A stretch of DNA of 64,000 bases from Nemertoderma westbladi. Taxonomy: Eukaryota > Animalia > Xenacoelomorpha. Positions within the stretch are counted from its first letter, which is position 1; the number at the start of each line of letters is the position of its first letter. The DNA is taken from contig JAUCBJ010001179.1 in the NCBI GenBank assembly GCA_032718475.1, forward strand, positions 62,001-126,000. The letters are read 5' to 3'. The position numbers and the translations under genes were made by a program. Under the pieces are notes generated by a model. The model was not told the DNA's origin, did not search any database, and saw only the letters and a list, made by a program, of their open reading frames with translations. Shown piece by piece: positions 54,828 to 64,000 of the stretch.

Positions 54828-55650
54828 ATATGTGGCGGTGAAAGCGAAAAGGTACCTTAAGGTGAAAATTACGTTTTGAGAAAATCGTATTTAAAGAAAA
54901 ATTTCATTTTCAAGTCAAAATTTTCAATTTTTTTATTTTCAATGTGATATATGCAGTTTTTAATGAGGAATCCAAATCTGTTAACGGTATGTTAACAGCT
55001 AGCTTAGTTTTGGAGATAGTCAGCTTTGATTGAGGGTAGTCAGAAGTTTTGAAATTTAAATCTCATTCCCGGTAGATATTATGTTGTTCTATGTAGATTT
55101 ACTCTTATAAATTAATTTATATGCCTTATTATTCCAATAGAAAACTATCTTCCAGTTATTTTCAATATGTTTGCTTGTCAATCGCTCTCTTAGTTGTTCA
55201 TGTACTGCTCGGAGTCCCAGATTAGATAAAAACCCAGCATAGTTGTTCACGTGCTGCTCGAAGTCCTGGCTAGAAAAAAAAGGCAGCATAGTTGTTCATT
55301 AGTTTGCTAATGCACATTCCTGTTACACATTTTGCCCCTCAAGCCTCAACATCACAACACAACCCCCGCCCCACTCCAATTTAGTAAACTCACTTTCAAG
55401 ATATTTTGTAAGTAATCCCTACGACAATTAAAATACAACAAAAACTTTAAACGCGATTTACTCGTAATAATATATTTTCCATCTGGTTGTCGTGCCAATA
55501 CTTAAATTCTAATAACTCCTGATGTACTCATCCAATCAGGATGATTTATAGCTCATTAGAGAGCTGAGATGTTGGCCAATCACATGAAATATCTAACTCA
55601 AAAACCTCATTTTCACCTTAAGGTACCTTTTCGCGTTCACTGCCACATAT
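54828..55650. mobile_element. MITE / non-autonomous DNA transposon, about 820 bp, with TIRs over 40 bp
   Basis: Left atatgtggcggtgaaagcgaaaaggtaccttaaggtgaaaat; reverse complement of right end atatgtggcagtgaacgcgaaaaggtaccttaaggtgaaaat; outer TA or AT may be the target duplication. Confidence 0.8.
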
Positions 55651-55879
55651 ACACTTGTAGACAACGCCAACCCATGCAAATAAAGCAGCAATCCATGCAA
55701 TAAACTCATTTAAAATGAAAAACTAAACCAACATAGAAGCAACAATGCAAGGCGATGTGACAACGACATAAATAATTGACTAAATTAAATCAATAAACAA
55801 CAGTTACATAAATCTTGTGAAAAGCCAACAGGTACACAAAAAGTTACAATTGAAGGAAATATATAAAGAATAGGCAGAT

Positions 55880-56106
55880 AGAGGGGAAACTGGACGCAAT
55901 AAAAATTCATCCTTCTCCACGGGAAATTCGACGCAAATAACATATGATTACTCTCAAAACTGTAACCTGTTCTATTGTATTTAGTTTATTGCTTTGGTTA
56001 AAATAACGTGCCACTGTAACCTGCTCCTTTCCCTAAATTGAGAATTTAACATTGAAGCGGGATATTAATTTGCCAAGGCGGGTTTTGCGTCCATTTTCCC
56101 CCCTCT
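55880..56106. mobile_element. Small MITE-like element
   Basis: ggggaaactggacgcaa and ttgcgtccattttcccc (16/17 complementary). Confidence 0.45.
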
Positions 56107-56609
56107 TTCAGAATAAGATTTTTAAGGAGTGAAATAAAAATGATTTTTCAAGCAAATAACGTAACTTCAAAGTATTGTAAGTTTATAAGAATCGTTATAC
56201 CGGTATACTAATAGTATCGAATTAAAATCAATAATTTCCATCAATTTAATATGTTTTATTATAGAAGTATATTCCGCTAATATTAATAGATGATTGTTCG
56301 ACTTCCTTTACCCACTTAAGCGCTAATCAGATATTAACCCGCTAGCGTAAAAGAGACATCGATCTAAACCTCGATATCTCCACCCCACATTGTGCATTTA
56401 ACTTATCTTGTCAAGTCTGACTCATTTCCAATCCACGGCCCAGTTTAGGTAAAATGGAAACTATGAAATAAGGTAATAAAATGGAAACATACCACCCACC
56501 TTCGCGGTTATCTAACCTATATTCCCAAAAATATAGAGCAAAAACCTAAAATAATCTAACATTATAATTATGTCATTTAATTTAATTAATTATTATTAAC
56601 ATCTCACAC

Positions 56610-56741
56610 CTTTATTAGAGTCACGTCCCTTTCATTGGCTGATTGTTGACTCCGCGATGACGAACTGTTGCTATGGCGACTGGTAGGTCTGGAGCCCTCT
56701 TTTAACCGACCAATCGTGAGGCTAACTTTGCCTCGGACAGT
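56610..56741 (-). CDS. MPDZ: MPDZ-like exon B: end of PDZ, Ser-rich linker, start of next PDZ (TVRGKVSLTIGRLKEG...ERDVTLIK)
   Basis: TTCTTACAG acceptor, AAG|GTGTGA donor, 132 nt, phase 0-0, open frame; completes the last beta strand of the exon A PDZ. Confidence 0.88.
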
Positions 56742-56994
56742 CTGTAAGAAACATCAGGGACACAATGTAAGTGGCAGTAATATATACCAAAAACAGTATA
56801 TTAGGTAATTATACCTCAGTTTTGCAAGTCTGATCTGTGGAATTCGCTGAATTATCAGAACCTTATCAATTTTAGGTCTAATTATAAACAAATAGGTCCG
56901 AATTGTATTGAGATTTAAATTGAAGTTGACATTGTTCGTACTAAACTGTGTGTATATGAGGCTTTAAGAAACACATACTTTATACTAAGCTGAA

Positions 56995-59900
56995 GCCACA
57001 CATAATATACTAACTTTAAGCCACACCTACTATACTAACTTTAAGCCACACCTACTATACTAACTTTCAGCCACACACCTACTATACTAACTTTAAGCCA
57101 CACCTACTATACTAACTTTAAGCCACCCACCTACTATACTAACTTTAAGCCACACACCTACTATACTAACTTTCAGCCACACCTACTATACCAACTTTAA
57201 GCCTCACCTACTATACTAACTTTAAGCCACACACCTACTATACTAACTTTCAGCCACACCTACTATACCAACTTTAAGCCTCTCCTACTATACTAACTTT
57301 AAGCCACACACCTACTATACTAACTTTAAGCCACACACCTACTATACTAACCTTTATGCACACCTACTATACTAACTTTAAGCCACACCTACTATACTAA
57401 CTTTAAGCCACACCTACTATACTAACTTTAAGCCACACACCTACTATACTAACTTTCAGCCAGACCTACTATACCAACTTTAAGCCTCTCCTACTATACT
57501 AACTTTAAGCCACACACCTACTATACTAACTTTAAGCCACACACCTACTATACTAACTTTTATGCCACACCTACTATACTAACTTTAAGCCACACCTACT
57601 ATACTAACTTTAAGCCACACCTACTATACTAACTTTAAGCCACACCTACTATACTAACTTTAAGCCACACACCTACTATACTAACTTTAAGCCACACACC
57701 TACTATACTAACTTTAAGCCACACCTACTATACTAACTTTAAGCCACACACCTACTATACTAACTTTTATGCACACCTACTATACTAACTTTAAGCCACA
57801 CCTACTATACTAACTTTAAGCCACACCTACTATACTAACTTTAAGCCACACACCTACTATACTAACTTTCAGCCACACCTACTATACCAACTTTAAGCCT
57901 CACCTACTATACTAACTTTAAGCCACACACCTACTATACTAACTTTCAGCCACACCTACTATACCAACTTTAAGCCTCTCCTACTATACTAACTTTAAGC
58001 CACACACCTACTATACTAACTTTAAGCCACACACCTACTATACTAACTTTTATGCCACACCTACTATACTAACTTTAAGCCACACCTACTATACTAACTT
58101 TAAACCACACACCTACTATACCAACTTTAAGCCTCACCTACTATACTAACTTTAAGCCACACACCTACTATACTAACTTTAAGCCACACACCTACTATAC
58201 CAACTTTAAGCCTCACCTACTATACTAACTTTAAACCACACACATACTATACTAACTTTAAGCCACACACCTACTATACTAACTTTAAGCCACACACCTA
58301 CTATACTAACTTTCAGCCACACCTACTATACTAACTTTCAGCCACACCTACTATACTAACTTTCAGCCACACCTACTATACTAACTTTAAGCCACACACC
58401 TACTATACTAACTTTAAGCCACACACCTACTATACTAACTTTAAGCCACACCTACTATACTAACTTTAAGCCACACCTACTATACTAACTTTAAGCCACA
58501 CCTACTATACTAACTTTAAGCCACACACCTACTATACTAACTTTAAGCCACACCTACTATACTAACTTTAAGCCACACCTACTATACTAACTTTAAGCCA
58601 CACCTACTATACTAACTTTAAGCCACACCTACTATACTAACTTTAAGCCACACCTACTATACTAACTTTAAGCCACACCTACTATACTAACTTTAAGCCA
58701 CACACCTACTATACTAACTTTAAGCCACACCTACTATACTAACTTTAAGCCACACCTACTATACTAACTTTAAGCCACACACCTACTATACTAACTTTAA
58801 GCCTCACCTACTATACTAACTTTAAGCCACACACCTACTATACTAACTTTAAGCCACACCTACTATACTAACTTTAAGCCACACACCTACTATACTAACT
58901 TTAAGCCACACACCTACTATACTAACTTTAAGCCACACCTACTATACTAACTTTAAGCCACACCTACTATACTAACTTTAAGCCACACACCTACTATACT
59001 AACTTTAAGCCTCACCTACTATACTAACTTTAAGCCACACACCTACTATACTAACTTTAAGCCTCACCTACTATACTAACTTTAAGCCACACACCTACTA
59101 TACTAACTTTAAGCCACACCTACTATACTAACTTTAAGCCACACCTACTATACTAACTTTAAGCCACACACCTACTATACTAACTTTAAGCCTCACCTAC
59201 TATACTAACTTTAAGCCACACACCTACTATACTAACTTTAAGCCTCACCTACTATACTAACTTTAAGCCACACACCTACTATACTAACTTTAAGCCACAC
59301 ACCTACTATACTAACTTTAAGCCTCACCTACTATACTAACTTTAAGCCACACCTACTATACTAACTTTAAGCCACACCTACTATACTAACTTTCAGCCAC
59401 ACCTACTATACTAACTTTCAGCCACACCTACTATACTAACTTTCAGCCACACCTACTATACTAACTTTCAGCCACACCTACTATACTAACTTTAAGCCAC
59501 ACCTACTATACTAACTTTCAGCCACACCTACTATACTAACTTTAAGCCACACCTACTATACTAACTTTCAGCCACACCTACTATACTAACTTTAAGCCAC
59601 ACCTACTATACTAACTTTAAGCCACACACCTACTATACTAACTTTAAGCCACACCCTACTATACTAACTTTAAGCCACACCTACTATACTAACTTTAAGC
59701 CACACCTACTATACTAACTTTAAGCCACACCTACTATACTAACTTTAAGCCACACACCTACTATACTAACTTTAAGCCTCACCTACTATACTAACTTTAA
59801 GCCACACACCTACTATACTAACTTTAAGCCTCACCTACTATACTAACTTTAAGCCACACACCTACTATACTAACTTTAAGCCACACACCTACTATACTAA

Positions 59901-62900
59901 CTTTAAGCCACACACCTACTATACTAACTTTAAGCCTCACCTACTATACTAACTTTAAGCCACAACTACTATACTAACTTTAAGCCACACCTACTATACT
60001 AACTTTAAGCCACACACCTACTATACTAACTTTAAGCCACACACTACTATACTAACTTTCAGCCACACCTACTATACTAACTTTCAGCCACACCTACTAT
60101 ACTAACTTTAAGCCACACCTACTATACTAACTTTCAGCCACACCTACTATACTAACTTTAAACCACACACCTACTATACTAACTTTAAGCCACACCCTAC
60201 TATACTAACTTTCAGCCACACCTACTATACTAACTTTAAGCCACACCTACTATACTAACTTTCAGCCACACCTACTATACTAACTTTCAGCCACACCTAC
60301 TATACTAACTTTCCGCCACACCTACTATACTAACTTTCAGCCACACCTACTATACTAACTTTCAGCCACACCTACTATACTAACTTTCAGCCACACCAAC
60401 TATACTAACTTTAAGCCACACCTACTATACTAACTTTCAGGCACACCTACTATACTAACTTTAAGCCACACCTACTATACTAACTTTAAGCCACACCTAC
60501 TATACTAACTTTCAGCCACACCTACTATACTAACTTTCAGCCACACCTACTATACTAACTTTAAGCCACACCTACTATACTAACTTTAAGCCACACACCT
60601 ACTATACTAACTTTTAGCCACACCTACTATACTAACTTTCAGCCACACCTACTATACTAACTTTCAGCCACACCTACTATACTAACTTTAAGCCACACCT
60701 ACTATACTAACTTTCAGCCACACCTACTATACTAACTTTCAGCCACACCTACTATACTAACTTTCAGCCACACCTACTATACTAACTTTCAGCCACACCT
60801 ACTACTAACTTTCAGCCACACCTACTATACTAACTTTCAGCCACACCTACTATACTAACTTTAAGCCACACCTAATATACTAACTTTCAGCCACACCTAC
60901 TATACTAACTTTAAGCCACACCTACTATACTAACTTTCAGCCACACCTACTATACTAACTTTCAGCCACACCTACTATACTAACTTTCAGCCACACCTAC
61001 TATACTAACTTTAAGCCACACACCTACTATACTAACTTTCAGCCACACCTACTATACTAACTTTCAGCCACACCTACTATACTAACTTTAAGCCACACCT
61101 ACTATACTAACTTTCAGCCACACCTACTATACTAACTTTCAGCCACACCTACTATACTAACTTTCAGCCACACCTACTATACTAACTTTAAGCCACACCT
61201 ACTATACTAACTTTAAGCCACACCTACTATACTAACTTTAAGCCACACACCTACTATACTAACTTTCAGCCACACCTACTATACTAACTTTCAGCCACAC
61301 CTACTATACTAACTTTAAGCCACACCTACTATACTAACTTTCAGCCACACCTACTATACTAACTTTAAGCCTCACCTACTATACTAACTTTAAGCCACAC
61401 CTACTATACTAACTTTTCAGCCACACCTACTATACTAACTTTAAGCCACACCTACTATACTAACATTCAGCCACACCTACTATACTAACTTTAAGCCACA
61501 CACCTACTATACTAACTTTAAGCCACACCTACTATACTAACTTTCAGCCACACCTACTATACTAACTTTAAGCCACACCTACTATACTAACTTTCAGCCA
61601 CACCTACTATACTAACTTTCAGCCACACCTACTATACTAACTTTCAGCCACACCTACTATACTAACTTTCAGCCACACCTACTACTAACTTTCAGCCACA
61701 CCTACTATACTAACTTTCAGCCACACCTACTATACTAACTTTAAGCCACACCTACTATACTAACTTTCAGCCACACCTACTATACTAACTTTAAGCCACA
61801 CCTACTATACTAACTTTCAGCCACACCTACTATACTAACTTTCAGCCACACCTACTATACTAACTTTCAGCCACACCTACTATACTAACTTTAAGCCACA
61901 CACCTACTATACTAACTTTCAGCCACACCTACTATACTAACTTTCAGCCACACCTACTATACTAACTTTAAGCCACACCTACTATACTAACTTTCAGCCA
62001 CACCTACTATACTAACTTTCAGCCACACCTACTATAGTAAATTTCAGCCACACCTACTATACTAACTTTAAGCCACACCTACTATACTAACTTTAAGCCA
62101 CACCTACTATACTAACTTTAAGCCACACACCTACTATACTAACTTTCAGCCACACCTACTATACTAACTTTCAGCCACACCTACTATACTAACTTTAAGC
62201 CACACCTACTATACTAACTTTCAGCCACACCTACTATACTAACTTTAAGCCTCACCTACTATACTAACTTTAAGCCACACCTACTGTACTAACTTTTCAG
62301 CCACACCTACTATACTAACTTTAAGCCACACCTACTATACTAACATTCAGCCACACCTACTATACTAACTTTAAGCCACACACCTACTATACTAACTTTA
62401 AGCCACACCTACTATACTAACTTTCAGCCACACCTACTATACTAACTTTAAGCCACACCTACTATACTAACTTTCAGCCACACACCTACTATACTAACTT
62501 TCAGCCACACCTACTATACTAACTTTAAGCCACACACCTACTATACTAACTTTCAGCCACACACCTACTATACTAACTTTCAGCCACACCTACTATACTA
62601 ACTTTAAGCCTCACCTACTATACTAACTTTAAGCCACACCTACTATACTAACTTTCAGCCACACACCTACTATACTAACTTTCAGCCACACCTACTATAC
62701 TAACTTTAAGCCACACCTACTATACTAACTTTAAGCCTCACCTACTATACTAACTTTAAGCCACACCTACTGTACTAACTTTTCAGCCACACCTACTATA
62801 CTAACTTTAAGCCACACCTACTATACTAACATTCAGCCACACCTACTATACTAACTTTAAACCACACACCTACTATACTAACTTTCAGCCACACCTACTA

Positions 62901-63520
62901 TACTAACTTTCAGCCACACCTACTATACTAACTTTCAGCCACACCTACTATACTAACTTTCAGCCACACCTACTATACTAACTTTAAACCACACACCTAC
63001 TATACTAACTTTCAGCCACACCTACTATACTAACTTTCAGCCACACCTACTATACTAACTTTCAGCCACACCTACTATACTAACTTTAAGCCACACCTAC
63101 TATACTAACTTTCAGCCACACCTACTATACTAACTTTCAGCCACACCTACTATACTAACTTTCAGCCACACCTACTATACTAACTTTCAGCCACACCTAC
63201 TATACTAACTTTAAACCACACACCTACTATACTAACTTTCAGCCACACCTACTATACTAACTTTCAGCCACACCTACTATACTAACTTTCAGCCACACCT
63301 ACTATACTAACTTTCAGCCACACCTACTATACTAACTTTAAACCACACACCTACTATACTAACTTTCAGCCACACCTACTATACTAACTTTCAGCCACAC
63401 CTACTATACTAACTTTCAGCCACACCTACTATACTAACTTTAAGCCACACCTACTATACTAACTTTCAGCCACACCTACTATACTAACTTTCAGCCACAC
63501 CTACTATACTAACTTTCAGC
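56995..63520. repeat. Intronic 25-bp (27-bp variant) minisatellite, about 6.5 kb, roughly 250 units
   Basis: Unit ctactatactaacttt(c/a)agccacac; overlaps the last 7 nt of exon A. Confidence 0.97.
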
Positions 63521-63661
63521 ATTACTGCGGCTTTATTTCTACTCGCTGTCCTCATATCCTCGTTGTTAATCGCGATTATCTGATCGCCGGTTTGCAGTCG
63601 GCCGTCCTGCTCGGCCAAACCACCAGAGAGAACGTCCGATATAATAACACCATTATTGTTC
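63514..63661 (-). CDS. MPDZ: MPDZ/PATJ-like exon A: core of third-from-last PDZ domain (NNNGVIISDVLSGGLAEQDGRLQTGDQIIAINNEDMRTASRNKAAVMLK)
   Basis: AACAG acceptor (phase 2) and AAA|GTTAGT donor (phase 0); PDZ motif GGLAEQDGRLQTGDQIIAIN resembles MPDZ PDZ11 as recalled. Confidence 0.9.
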
Positions 63662-64000
63662 CTGTTCAATGGAAAATTTCAGTTTTAGGATCCGGTGAAA
63701 CATCATTATGTGTAGTAGGCCAAAACTATTAATCAAGATTCATCTAATCGAAAAAAAAAATAAAATCAACTCAAATTTAAAATAACTGCTTTCTCATTAT
63801 TATACTGCACATTAAAGGTGCATAACAGAAATTTATAATGGAAACTTTACAAATATACCATATACTATACAATACTACATACAGTATAGTAACTAGGTAC
63901 CTGTCTGTATACATAATTCATTAAGTGAAGACAAAATTATGTATAATAAAAGTACTGCTTATAAAAGTAGCAGACTTTATTAATCTACTAACTTTCGACT

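Noticed and set aside
52423-55289. Short intronic ORFs of 60-88 aa
   Set aside because: No recognisable domains; several overlap MITE or SINE-like sequence
56995-63513. TAG|GT in each 25-bp unit as recursive splice sites
   Set aside because: No polypyrimidine tract precedes the AG

Overview
This is AT-rich animal genomic DNA. The right part (43420-63661, minus strand) holds the last eight coding exons of a multi-PDZ scaffold gene of the MPDZ/MUPP1-PATJ family. I assembled them by hand with GT-AG boundaries and consistent phases; they encode the last three PDZ domains plus a long acidic linker, and the 5' part of the gene lies beyond the window. Three introns carry G/T-rich tandem arrays (25, ~43 and 27 bp units) that start in register with the 5' splice site. 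The left part (1-44505) is a head-to-tail array of 7-10 kb segmental duplications with junctions near 1608, 10314, 20584, 29531 and 36802. Each unit carries the MPDZ 3' exons, a block of four abutting satellites (36 bp, TATGC, 43-bp palindromic TGACA/TGTCA, 200 bp) and what looks like the promoter and first exons of a second minus-strand gene. That second gene is fused onto MPDZ exons at each junction, giving candidate chimeric single-PDZ mini-genes. Most ORFs in the supplied track are repeat translations. No prokaryotic features, CRISPR arrays or autonomous transposons were seen.
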